A stretch of DNA of 64,000 bases from a virus. Below the pieces are notes generated by a model. It saw only the letters and a program-made list of their open reading frames with translations, was not told the DNA's origin and made no database searches. Shown piece after piece: positions 1 through 8,625 of this stretch. Each line of letters opens with the position of its first letter. The first letter of the stretch is position 1. Both the position numbers and the translations under genes were made by a program. The stretch lies in the IMG/VR virus record IMGVR_UViG_3300045412_000547, one strand, 5' to 3'.

Positions 1-339
1 TTGCAATTTCACAAGGATTAAACCAAACAAAAAGCCCTTGTTCATAACAATTTTGTACGTACAGGCTATTAACTGTTATAACCCAGTCTGTACGAAAGCT
101 AGTAACACGCTCTACTTTACAAGCTTTAATCTACAGTAGAACGATCGAGTTAAACTAACTCGAGTTCAGCTTCTGAATCAACGAAGCCAGCTGCAGCAAG
201 AATTGCATCAGCCTCTTCGAGACTCATGGCCATGTCGAAGTTGTCTTCGGCATTTAATATGATTTGCTATTGATAAACCGGCATGCCCCGGTACTTGCAC
301 TCATGAACTCCACTGTTCAATCGATTCCAATACAGGCCC
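1..339 (-). ncRNA. ssrA: tmRNA (3' tRNA-like end lies beyond the window start)
   Basis: Minus strand begins GGGCCTGTATTGGAATCGA, matching the tmRNA 5' pattern GGGGCTGxTTxGGATTCGAC. A resume context (ATTAAAT-GCC) opens a tag frame at 251->150: AEDNFDMAMSLEEADAILAAAGFVDSEAELELV*. Confidence 0.9.
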
Positions 340-353
340 AGTTAAGAAAGAAC

Positions 354-427
354 TCGCGGGGACAGGATTTGAACCTGCGACCTACTGGTTATGAGCCAGC
401 CGAGCTACCAGTCTGCTCCACCCCGCA
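354..427 (-). tRNA. tRNA-Met(CAT), initiator (fMet)-like; CCA not encoded
   Basis: TGCGGGGTGGAGCAGACTGGTAGCTCGGCTGG-CTCATAA-CCAGTAGGTCGCAGGTTCAAATCCTGTCCCCGCGA. Close to the bacterial fMet tRNA body, with weak 1:72 pair (U:G) and A11:U24. Confidence 0.9.
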
Positions 428-430
428 ATT

Positions 431-1024
431 TTATTTAAGCCAAATATAACCAGGATCTAGAGCCTGGGTATCTAAATAATCCCAAACTAGCCAGTTATTC
501 GTCTTCTTTATTGCCTCAACTACATTATAAATCAGAGCATTTAAATCATCTATATGCCAAACATCATCTAAAAGACGTTTACCTGAAGTTCTAGATTTAT
601 GAGCAATATGATCGGAATATGAATAAGCAAACCCTGTGAAAGGAGGTATCATACATCCCATTGAACAGAGTACTCCTTGCATACGAGATACCAATTCTTT
701 AGCGCCTACAGAATGCATTGTGACTATAACCCCTACTGGTTTTCCTAGCAAATGCTTTTTACCTTCAATTTGAGTCATTTTTTCAAATAAAGTCTGCATC
801 GGTGATCCCCATGAATCCCAATAGGTGCCAGAACAGAAAATAAGACCATCACTACTTCTAATAATTTTTCTAACTCGTACCCAGTCAAAGGAAGGCTGAA
901 GATGCACTATTTTAACTTTTATTTCAGAATCTTTTTTTAATGTAATCTTTCTAATCTTTTTAATTAAATGTCCGGTATTTCCGGATCTTCCTCCAAGGGA
1001 ACCATTAATGATCGTTATGATCAT
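431..1024 (-). CDS. NAD(P)H-dependent FMN reductase / flavodoxin-like protein
   Basis: IINGSLGGRSGNT, SDGLIFCSGTYW and LLGKPVGVI motifs of the flavodoxin-2/FMN_red fold. Confidence 0.8.
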   Translation of the reverse strand: MIITIINGSLGGRSGNTGHLIKKIRKITLKKDSEIKVKIVHLQPSFDWVRVRKIIRSSDGLIFCSGTYWDSWGSPMQTLFEKMTQIEGKKHLLGKPVGVIVTMHSVGAKELVSRMQGVLCSMGCMIPPFTGFAYSYSDHIAHKSRTSGKRLLDDVWHIDDLNALIYNVVEAIKKTNNWLVWDYLDTQALDPGYIWLK

Positions 1025-1058
1025 TTGAATATATTATAGAAAAATACTTAGTATTCAA
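1025..1058 (-). promoter_or_regulatory. sigma70-like early promoter (example of class TTGANW-N16-TAAWAT)
   Basis: TTGAAT(1058-1053)-N16-TAATAT(1036-1031)-N6-ATG. The same spacing recurs upstream of the genes starting at 3758, 4345, 12196, 13806, 14443, 14681, 19692 and 57174. Confidence 0.7.
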
Positions 1059-1067
1059 GGAAATTAT

Positions 1068-1073
1068 TAAATA
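1068..1073 (+). promoter_or_regulatory. T4-like late promoter core TAAATA (example of class TAARTA-N5-7-start)
   Basis: TAAATA-N5-GTG. The same geometry occurs before about 16 other starts, mostly structural genes, and resembles the T4 late promoter TATAAATA. Confidence 0.7.
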
Positions 1074-1078
1074 TAAAT

Positions 1079-3490
1079 GTGACCACAATACCAATTAATA
1101 TAGGCTTTTTGCCAAATACAATATTGCTTGGCTACAATTTTGATTATACCACGGGAATGTATTTAAGCTCTAATTTAAATTCAAATTTAGATGGGGTATC
1201 GGGTTTTGACTTTTATTCAGAGTATAAAAATTTATCTTCTAATAATCCTCCTTTTTCAGGTAAAAAAATTACCTATCAAATTATTAATGACAATACAATA
1301 AGTGTATCGCTCACATCCATCACAAACCCGGGTATTTACGATATTATTATTACCAATAATGGAGGGTATTTTAAGACATCAAATTTAAATACATTATTTC
1401 AACAAGAACCAAATGATATAAACGAATCACCAACACCTACGCCAACAGTAACTTGTACACCGACTAATACACCAACACAGACTCTTACAAATACAATTAC
1501 ACCTACGGTTACCCCTACAAATACAATAACGCCAACAGAAACGATTACTCAGACACCTACAGAGACACCGACAGTTACCCCGACAAATACAACAACACCA
1601 ACAGAGACACCCACACAGACACCGACAGTTACTCCTACAAATACAATAACACCAACAGAGACAATTACTCCAACAGAGACAATTACACAGACACCAACTG
1701 TAACGCCAACAGAAACGATTACTCAGACACCTACAGAGACACCGACAGTTACTCCGACAAATACAACAACACCAACAGAGACACCTACAGAGACACCGAC
1801 AGTTACCCCGACAAACACAATAACACCAACAGAGACACCCACACAGACACCGACAGTTACTCCAACAAATACAATAACGCCAACAGAAACGATTACTCAG
1901 ACACCTACAGAGACACCGACAGTTACTCCTACAAATACAATAACACCAACAGAGACACCTACAGAGACACCGACAGTTACTCCTACAAATACAATAACAC
2001 CAACAGAGACAATTACTCCAACAGAGACAATTACACAGACACCAACTGTAACGCCAACAGAAACTGTTACTCCTACTAATACCGTTTCACCTACTTCATC
2101 ATTAACTCCAGGCTCTACCCCTTCATCAACTCCAACTGTAACGCCAACAGAGACACCGACAGTTACTCCTACAAATACAATAACGCCAACAGAGACAATT
2201 ACTCCAACAGAGACAGTTACTCCGACAAATACAACAACACCATCTCAGACAATTACTCCGACAAATACAACAACACCATCTCAGACAATTACCCCAACAA
2301 AAACAGTTACCCCGACAAATACAACAACACCATCTCAGACAATTACTCCGACAAATACAACAACACCATCTCAGACAACTACCCCAACAAATACAACAAC
2401 ACCATCTCAGACAATTACTCCGACAAATACAACAACACCATCTCAGACAATTACACAGACACCAACTGTAACGCCAACAAAAACAGTTACCCCGACAAAT
2501 ACAACAACACCATCTCAGACAATTACTCCGACAAATACAACAACACCATCTCAGACAATTACTCCGACAAATACAACAACACCATCTCAGACAGTTACCC
2601 CGACAAGTACTTTAGGCGATGAAATATTATTGATTGCTACTCCTCCGGATAAAGTAATATTAATTAACCCTGCAGTTGCAGGTGATTATGTAGAGCAGAT
2701 TCACGGAGTAACATCTACCCCGACACAAACGGTTACACTTACACCAACTTCTACTCGAGCGGCTCCGTTTAACCCTGCTAGTATCGTCGGCCTAAAGTTG
2801 TGGCTGAAAGCCGATGCGGGCGTGACGGTAGATGCGAGCAACCGAGTGACTCAGTGGAGCGACCAAAGCGTGTCTGGCCTTAACTTTGTTCCAGATTTTC
2901 CAACTCTTGACATCACCAAAACCGCAAGCCACGCATCTTTTAACGGCAAACCTGTCATCACCTTTGTGACATCTAACAACGGCGGCGATGTCGGCCTGTT
3001 TGTGAACAGCCCCTTCACCAGCCGTTCTGTTTTTGTAGCCTATAAGCTAAACTCAGTTGAAAGTTTTGAGTATTCAGTCTTGTACGAAAACAGCGGCATA
3101 AACCTTTACGCCAGCTATGAATACAACAATCGTCTTTTTGGTGGATACTTTAATAACTTTTTTGATTCAAACACGCCTTCGGAGCTTGGTCAGGCTTATG
3201 TTCGGGCTTGTTTAAGCGACAGCATCTACGATGAAGAAACGGAATCATTCGATAATCCGATAAACTTTTTCCTTGGATTGACGGCAGATGGGTCGCACAA
3301 CGGCGCAGGATTTTTCGACCGACCGGCAATCGTCATTGGGAACGGAAATGCAAGATTGGCTTTGCCGGGCGGATTCTTGAACCAACCCTTTGAGGGGGAT
3401 TTGGCAGAAATCTTGGCCTATGATGAGGTGGTTTCAAGTGCGGATAGAATAGCCATCACAAATTATCTCAAAAATAAATACAATATATGA
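1079..3490 (+). CDS. Thr/Pro-rich (mucin-like) stalk protein with C-terminal LamG/ConA-like domain; probable virion appendage
   Basis: About 110-aa N-domain, about 400 aa of TPT(E/N/S)T repeats, then [11 protein letters not shown]...VTQWSDQS...[10 protein letters not shown]...YLKNKY, typical of LamG-like jelly-roll modules. Confidence 0.75.
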   Translation: MTTIPINIGFLPNTILLGYNFDYTTGMYLSSNLNSNLDGVSGFDFYSEYKNLSSNNPPFSGKKITYQIINDNTISVSLTSITNPGIYDIIITNNGGYFKTSNLNTLFQQEPNDINESPTPTPTVTCTPTNTPTQTLTNTITPTVTPTNTITPTETITQTPTETPTVTPTNTTTPTETPTQTPTVTPTNTITPTETITPTETITQTPTVTPTETITQTPTETPTVTPTNTTTPTETPTETPTVTPTNTITPTETPTQTPTVTPTNTITPTETITQTPTETPTVTPTNTITPTETPTETPTVTPTNTITPTETITPTETITQTPTVTPTETVTPTNTVSPTSSLTPGSTPSSTPTVTPTETPTVTPTNTITPTETITPTETVTPTNTTTPSQTITPTNTTTPSQTITPTKTVTPTNTTTPSQTITPTNTTTPSQTTTPTNTTTPSQTITPTNTTTPSQTITQTPTVTPTKTVTPTNTTTPSQTITPTNTTTPSQTITPTNTTTPSQTVTPTSTLGDEILLIATPPDKVILINPAVAGDYVEQIHGVTSTPTQTVTLTPTSTRAAPFNPASIVGLKLWLKADAGVTVDASNRVTQWSDQSVSGLNFVPDFPTLDITKTASHASFNGKPVITFVTSNNGGDVGLFVNSPFTSRSVFVAYKLNSVESFEYSVLYENSGINLYASYEYNNRLFGGYFNNFFDSNTPSELGQAYVRACLSDSIYDEETESFDNPINFFLGLTADGSHNGAGFFDRPAIVIGNGNARLALPGGFLNQPFEGDLAEILAYDEVVSSADRIAITNYLKNKYNI
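1427..2606 (+). repeat. Degenerate coding tandem repeats (18-36 bp units) encoding [18 protein letters not shown]
   Basis: Repeated acaccaacagagac, actccgacaaatacaacaacaccatctcagacaatt and related units. Confidence 0.95.
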
Positions 3491-3525
3491 TGCTTCCTAT
3501 TTTTCTCTGCTTACTCCTCTCCTCC

Positions 3526-3608
3526 TGCTCGGGTAAGATTCAAACCCACAGGTGCTTTCGCACTAACGGTTTTTAAGACCGCAGCTTTAGACTGCTAGCT
3601 AACTGCCC
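3526..3608 (-). pseudogene. Degenerate tRNA: Ser-type body with long variable arm, TAA anticodon, 3' acceptor strand lost
   Basis: GGGCAGTTAGCTAGCAGTCTAAAGCT-GCGGT-CTTAAAA-ACCGT-TAGTGCGAAAGCACCT-GTGGG-TTTGAAT-CTTAC, followed by CCGAGCA, which cannot pair with the 5' GGGCAGT. Confidence 0.75.
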
Positions 3609-3610
3609 AA

Positions 3611-3684
3611 CGCACCCACCAGGAATTGAACCTGGAACCTACAGATTAGAAATCTGTTGCTCTATCCAATTGAGCTATGGGTGC
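3611..3684 (-). tRNA. tRNA-Arg(TCT)
   Basis: GCACCCATAGCTCAATTGGATAGAGCA-ACAGA-TTTCTAA-TCTGT-AGGTTCCAGGTTCAATTCCTGGTGGGTGCG folds as a full cloverleaf. Confidence 0.95.
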
Positions 3685-3686
3685 CC

Positions 3687-3758
3687 TAGGGCCAAGGGGA
3701 TTCGAACCCCTATGAAAGGCTTGAAAGGCCTCTATCCTAACCATTAGATGATGGCCCC
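3687..3758 (-). tRNA. tRNA-Glu(TTC)
   Basis: GGGGCCATCATCTAATGGTTAGGATA-GAGGC-CTTTCAA-GCCTT-TCATAGGGGTTCGAATCCCCTTGGCCCTA. Confidence 0.93.
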
Positions 3759-3828
3759 ATAGTTTATAATTTTATTTATTAAAATATAAAAGTCAATATA
3801 TTTTTAGAAAGCGACTAAATAATTATAT

Positions 3829-4296
3829 ACGAAAAATAAATCAAGCTTATTAAAAAGAATAATCAAAGGCACAATTAAATTAGGGTTAGTTGCAGTTTTG
3901 ATAGGAGGGGCTTTTATTTACGGTTGTATAACTAATACGAATAATTATAAAGCGTTCCTTCCTAATTCTTGTTTTGTAGAGAGTGTTTATTTTTCTTCAC
4001 AAGCTAGCTTAATTTTAAAAATATCCGGAATCACAGATAGTAAGCTTTTTTTGTATAGGTATCAGGAGGTACAACCCAACCTTTTGATGTACAATAAAAA
4101 AATATTTGGCCATGCAATTGTTGTATTTGAATATAGCGGTATACTCTGGATTTATGATCCAAATCATGGTACTATGTATATTGGGTCTGCTGTATATTCA
4201 GAATTTGAAAAAAAATTAGAAGTTATAAAGTATATTGAAGAAACACAAAAAGTAAAAATTATAGAATACTTTTTTATTAATGATTTTAGAATATGA
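3829..4296 (+). CDS. Putative lipoprotein with transglutaminase/papain-like Cys-His-Asp motif (track start 3898; frame open from 3823)
   Basis: NSCFVES...GHAIVVF...IYDPN. The upstream in-frame extension from ACG at 3829 adds a basic plus hydrophobic leader ending FIYG-C. Confidence 0.5.
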   Translation, partial: TKNKSSLLKRIIKGTIKLGLVAVLIGGAFIYGCITNTNNYKAFLPNSCFVESVYFSSQASLILKISGITDSKLFLYRYQEVQPNLLMYNKKIFGHAIVVFEYSGILWIYDPNHGTMYIGSAVYSEFEKKLEVIKYIEETQKVKIIEYFFINDFRI

Positions 4297-4344
4297 GCCG
4301 GTGTTGATTGACTTTAAATTTTTTTATTATAAAATAATTTTTTA

Positions 4345-4416
4345 GCCCCTTTAGTTGTAATGGTAAAACCCGCGATTTGTAATCGCGAGATCCGAGTTCG
4401 ATTCTCGGCGGGGGCT
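4345..4416 (+). tRNA. tRNA-Thr(TGT)
   Basis: GCCCCTTTAGTTGTAATGGTAAAACC-CGCGA-TTTGTAA-TCGCG-AGAT-CCGAG-TTCGATT-CTCGG-CGGGGGCT. One acceptor-stem mismatch; has its own TTGACT-N16-TAAAAT promoter at 4308-4335. Confidence 0.88.
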
Positions 4417-4434
4417 ATTAGCCTAATATGATTA

Positions 4435-4767
4435 CTACCCAGATCGTGTGGGTGTAGTGCTCGGAATTCTTGTAGGTGTGGGTGTAGTGCTCGGAATTCT
4501 TGTAGGTGTAGGTGTAGGTGTAGGTGTAGGTGTAGGTGAGGGTGCAATTGTTGGTGTGGGTGATATAGATGCTGTAACAACTCTTAAAGCATATTGATCG
4601 TAAATATAATATGCGGTAACTGCGGGTACTACAGAACTAGAATCTGTAAACTCATATCTTACTGATGTTATTGCAGGATAGGTAGAGCTATCTAATCTAG
4701 TCAAATTAACGTATGCACCTTCTACCTTAGATTGAAACGAATCAACATATGTCATTGTAACGGCCAT
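4435..4767 (-). CDS. Small protein with C-terminal Thr/Pro tail; probable virion protein
   Basis: About 65-aa beta-rich head plus SPTPTIAPSPTPTPTPTPTPTRIPST repeats. Late motif TAAATA-N5-ATG at 4778-4773. Confidence 0.7.
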   Translation of the reverse strand: MAVTMTYVDSFQSKVEGAYVNLTRLDSSTYPAITSVRYEFTDSSSVVPAVTAYYIYDQYALRVVTASISPTPTIAPSPTPTPTPTPTPTRIPSTTPTPTRIPSTTPTRSG

Positions 4768-4783
4768 GTAATTATTTATTAAA

Positions 4784-5146
4784 TTACTTTAAAGTTGCTA
4801 GATATTTTAGCCTGTTTAATGCTACAAGCATTTCGTCTCTTATATTTAGTAAATCTGTATCTTGTACAGAAAATTCAGTTGAATAACTAATAAGTTTTTT
4901 AATATATAGATCAATAAATTCAATTAAATTAGAGTTTTCTAAATTTTGTAGTTCTAGGTGAAATATTGTTTTAGCTTTGGGGCGACCGTATTTTCCTATA
5001 AAAACCTCGACAAATTCATCGATTAGTTTATCTAGCACTTCATATGTTTTACCTAAAGCTTTATGCAAGCTAAATTCAGTTGTCTGCCAATGAAAAATTC
5101 TAAGTTGTTGTTGTAAGGTAATTAACGGGGTTATGACAGGGCTCAT
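4784..5146 (-). CDS. Ferritin/Dps-like four-helix protein (DUF5856-like)
   Basis: LRIFHWQT...HKALGKTYE...LIDEFVEVFIG...LLNIRDEML pattern. Confidence 0.75.
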   Translation of the reverse strand: MSPVITPLITLQQQLRIFHWQTTEFSLHKALGKTYEVLDKLIDEFVEVFIGKYGRPKAKTIFHLELQNLENSNLIEFIDLYIKKLISYSTEFSVQDTDLLNIRDEMLVALNRLKYLATLK

Positions 5147-5189
5147 AAATTTACTTATAAAAAACGACTAGTTTGCTATATATATATTT

Positions 5190-5411
5190 ATGGCGGCAGG
5201 CAAAACAGTATTACACAGTAAACCTGGTACATTTACTTCTCGTCATAGAGTTCGTTTTCTAGGAAACGATAAAGTAACACCGGTTTTCTACTCTGGGCAT
5301 AATTTAGGACACGGCAGTTATATGACCGGTCAAGTAAATGGAAAAACTGTTGAAGATGCAAACGGTAAACCTATACCTTTAAGACAAATAGGTGAATTAA
5401 AAAATGTCTAA
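5190..5411 (+). CDS. Hypothetical small basic protein
   Basis: 73-aa ORF with coding-like composition; its 3' end overlaps the convergent gene. Confidence 0.6.
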   Translation: MAAGKTVLHSKPGTFTSRHRVRFLGNDKVTPVFYSGHNLGHGSYMTGQVNGKTVEDANGKPIPLRQIGELKNV

Positions 5412-7087
5412 TTTTCTCTTCTTAGCTCTTTATCGTAATGTACAAACCTATCGTGTTCTATAGGTGACATTAATAAAATAGCACTTTGAATCTTGTTTTC
5501 TTTTGTCTGTTGGTAGATATAAGACATCCATGTCTGTTCATAAGGATGGGCCCATTTAACATCTAAAAACATTTTTTGATTTCCTTCACGAGATACAATT
5601 TGAGGCCAGTTGCAGTAATATATTTCTCCATCTGCATATGGTACTCCTTGAAATGATTTTATATTTTTAAAAACAGTTTTAGGGGCATTGGGATCTAAGC
5701 CAAGCTTGGGAAGACGGGTTTTATATGGAAAATATTCTTGACGCTTGACTTGAGGTAAATTATACCATGCCCATTGTGTGCTGTTATCACCAAAAAATTC
5801 TTTAAAGCTAAATTTAAGAAAATCATAATTCTCCTTATTCATTATACCAATAAGCTTATGATAAAAATTATCTGTATAGCGAGGAAAACCGAGAGGACAT
5901 ACCTCAGACGTCCTAGGCATGATAAACATATCATCTTCTAAAAATATACTATAATCGCAACTTGTTTCTGCAAAATGCTCTGCGGCAAATTGACGCCCTC
6001 CGCAAATTCCTATATTATCTTTTTTAATTCTTTTAAAATTATATGTATTACAAAGCGCTTCATATTTTTCATTCGTAGATAGGTCTGTGCTATTATCTAT
6101 CAAGTAGTTTTCCGTACGAGTAATAAATTTATCGTGATACAAATAAGAGATACAAAGCTTTTCAAACTGGTCTGGTGAATTAAACGTTAGTACATATAAG
6201 GCAATTTTCGCATTTGATATATTCTTTTTATTTTTTGATGTAGTTGTAATTCTTGTTTTTACAGTATCGTTTTTAAGGTGTTCAAAAAACATTCCAATTA
6301 AACCATTATCTTCTAAAATAAATCTATCGTAATCTTCTGGTCTTTGATGGGCCATGATTGTAAAAATTGACTCTTCTGTTCCCATATAGTCTTCATAAAG
6401 AGATTGTTGCAGTAACCCATAATAGTGACCATTGGCTTGTTTGATATAATCAATATGACCACCGAAAAAACCACCTCGGCAAACATATTTTACATATTCA
6501 ACATCACAGTACCGATTCATTCCCTCTCGATCAAAACCATGTATTTCATTATTACCCTCATAAGGAAAAGATAAAAATAGAAACTTTTGTAGTAGCTGCT
6601 CTAATTTATCTTGTACTCTGTCATGGGTAAAATAACCCGGGTGTACTGTGTTTGTTATTCCTCCGTCTATCCATACTAGATAATCTGAATTAAAAGGATT
6701 AAAACACGACTGATCATGTAACATAAACATTTTCGACATGACCATTGGATTATATAGTTCAAGAGTAGCTTGTGTACTGTTTTTTAACCACTCTGCCTGG
6801 TTAGACCATTGAGGATCTTTTCTTAATTTTTGTACTTGATCGTAAAAATCAAATTTGTGAACAAACTCATCTATTTCCTTAATATAGACTCTTGTATTTT
6901 CTTTTTTACGATACTGCCAAACTAAATCTTCGTATTTTTTTTCAATATATACACACATATTAATATCTGCTTGGAGTAACTTTATAAAATTATCTATATA
7001 ATGTTGAAAAGGTCTCTTGAAGCCTTCTCCGGCAGAATCCCTCCGTAGATCCCAAATACCCGTTACAAATGTTATATTCTTAGACAT
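5408..7087 (-). CDS. Two-domain glycosyltransferase: HtrL/WlaTC-like plus GT2/GT-A-like
   Basis: N-half: ITFVTGIWD, YLVWIDGG, GGFFGG, MGTEESIFT. C-half: LYVLTFN, IDNS, NIGICGGRQ, IFLEDD. Confidence 0.75.
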   Translation of the reverse strand: MSKNITFVTGIWDLRRDSAGEGFKRPFQHYIDNFIKLLQADINMCVYIEKKYEDLVWQYRKKENTRVYIKEIDEFVHKFDFYDQVQKLRKDPQWSNQAEWLKNSTQATLELYNPMVMSKMFMLHDQSCFNPFNSDYLVWIDGGITNTVHPGYFTHDRVQDKLEQLLQKFLFLSFPYEGNNEIHGFDREGMNRYCDVEYVKYVCRGGFFGGHIDYIKQANGHYYGLLQQSLYEDYMGTEESIFTIMAHQRPEDYDRFILEDNGLIGMFFEHLKNDTVKTRITTTSKNKKNISNAKIALYVLTFNSPDQFEKLCISYLYHDKFITRTENYLIDNSTDLSTNEKYEALCNTYNFKRIKKDNIGICGGRQFAAEHFAETSCDYSIFLEDDMFIMPRTSEVCPLGFPRYTDNFYHKLIGIMNKENYDFLKFSFKEFFGDNSTQWAWYNLPQVKRQEYFPYKTRLPKLGLDPNAPKTVFKNIKSFQGVPYADGEIYYCNWPQIVSREGNQKMFLDVKWAHPYEQTWMSYIYQQTKENKIQSAILLMSPIEHDRFVHYDKELRREN

Positions 7088-7985
7088 CTTTTAAATAATT
7101 AGTAAATATTTTATAAAAGCTATTGGCTTCCTCGGAAAGATAGCTAGTTCTTTCCCCCGGTGAGTAGAACCACCATAAATCAAAAAACTTTAAATCAAAC
7201 ATTTCAGGAAAAACTGAATACAATGAACTGAAGATAGGTTCTTCTGTACAATATATTTTTTTGTCTATATATAATTTAAGCATTTCTCTATATCTTCCAA
7301 AAAAAATGTTATATATATCTTTGTAGCCTCCAAAAAACCCTCCTACTAAATGCCATCTTAAAAATGGTTTGTTTAATAATTTATAATATTGTTGAACTAT
7401 GAGTTCTTGATTTTCGACCATGCCCTGCATAGGCAGAGCACAAAAAAACATTTTGCTTAAATTAAGACTATCATAAATCTTATTAGCTAGTCTAGGGCTA
7501 AAAATATTGTTTAAATTATGTGGATAATACCATTCATTATTAATAGGAATACGTAGTTCAATTCCTCCTACTTTTTCAGGAAATATTCCGTGATGAAAAA
7601 GGCCCGCGTCAATCCAAAAAGCGGTTTTTGTATCAAATATACTTTCATCTAATACTTGCTTTACCCAATATGGTTTAGAATAACAGAGTATTTCATTTCT
7701 ATTTTTTGCTACTATGCTATCATAAATTTCTTTTTTAAAATCCAAAAAATCATCGTGATATTCAAATGTAGTTAAAGGCTGTCCAATTATTTTAAAATCG
7801 TTTTTAGCATAAATAGAACAAAATTTTTGAGTTCTTTCTACTTCTTGCGTATCTGTAAATAAGACTAGCGGTCGTCCTAGCTTTAAAATATTAATGAGTG
7901 TTGTTTGGTATACAGCTAAGTCCCACCCACGACCTCCGTAAATACTATTATCTTTACAACCGTATATACAAGATACTAATGTCAC
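7080..7985 (-). CDS. HtrL/WlaTC-like glycosyltransferase
   Basis: FWIDAGL, LVGGFFGG and CTEEPIFS motifs shared with 5408..7087. Confidence 0.7.
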   Translation of the reverse strand: MTLVSCIYGCKDNSIYGGRGWDLAVYQTTLINILKLGRPLVLFTDTQEVERTQKFCSIYAKNDFKIIGQPLTTFEYHDDFLDFKKEIYDSIVAKNRNEILCYSKPYWVKQVLDESIFDTKTAFWIDAGLFHHGIFPEKVGGIELRIPINNEWYYPHNLNNIFSPRLANKIYDSLNLSKMFFCALPMQGMVENQELIVQQYYKLLNKPFLRWHLVGGFFGGYKDIYNIFFGRYREMLKLYIDKKIYCTEEPIFSSLYSVFPEMFDLKFFDLWWFYSPGERTSYLSEEANSFYKIFTNYLKDV

Positions 7986-8013
7986 TTAATAATTTATATT
8001 TCAAACTTGTGAT

Positions 8014-8625
8014 TCAAGATAATAATTTTTTACACTCATCTATAAAAGTTTGTTGTCTATCAGGTTGTCTGACTTGAAAACAATGAAATGTATTGTTATC
8101 GTAGTATGTACCAATACCAAACTCAAAATTATGAATACCGCGATCGCATTTCCAGAGAGGTATTAAAGATTTTGTAGGAAATGAAAACTGAATATCAATG
8201 TTTTTTTGTTTTGCAGCAATACTGAATCCCTCACCAACATCTATTTCTTTATCTTCATAAAATCCACCGCAGAATGAAGTATAACCTACTTTAGTATATA
8301 TAAACCGAGTAAAATTTAAAAAACTAGGTGCTACATATGCCGATGAATTTGAAGATTGTGCATTACCGTAAATAACCGGGTTTTTAGAGATAATATTTTC
8401 TGCTATTCGAAATACATCTGGTTTTAAAGGTATTAAATCAATATCTATTATTGAAACTGAATCCCACTGTTCATTCTTAAGAAATGCTTCTATTGCATCG
8501 TGATGATTAGTTTCAAATTCTTTCTGTAATAGCGGAATTTCAAACTTATCAAATACTTTCTTTTGGTAATTTACAATATCAGAATTTAAATCTGTTTTAT
8601 AAAATGAAACTATTTTATGTATCAT
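8014..8625 (-). CDS. Putative GT-A fold glycosyltransferase
   Basis: DxD motif (IIDID) after a hydrophobic strand; lies inside the GT run. Confidence 0.5.
   Translation of the reverse strand: MIHKIVSFYKTDLNSDIVNYQKKVFDKFEIPLLQKEFETNHHDAIEAFLKNEQWDSVSIIDIDLIPLKPDVFRIAENIISKNPVIYGNAQSSNSSAYVAPSFLNFTRFIYTKVGYTSFCGGFYEDKEIDVGEGFSIAAKQKNIDIQFSFPTKSLIPLWKCDRGIHNFEFGIGTYYDNNTFHCFQVRQPDRQQTFIDECKKLLS

Noticed and set aside
264-449. 61-aa plus-strand ORF
   Set aside because: Antisense to tRNA-Met and the tmRNA 5' end; a shadow ORF.
4314-4580. His/Leu-repeat 88-aa ORF
   Set aside because: Alternate frame of the TP repeats, running antisense through tRNA-Thr.
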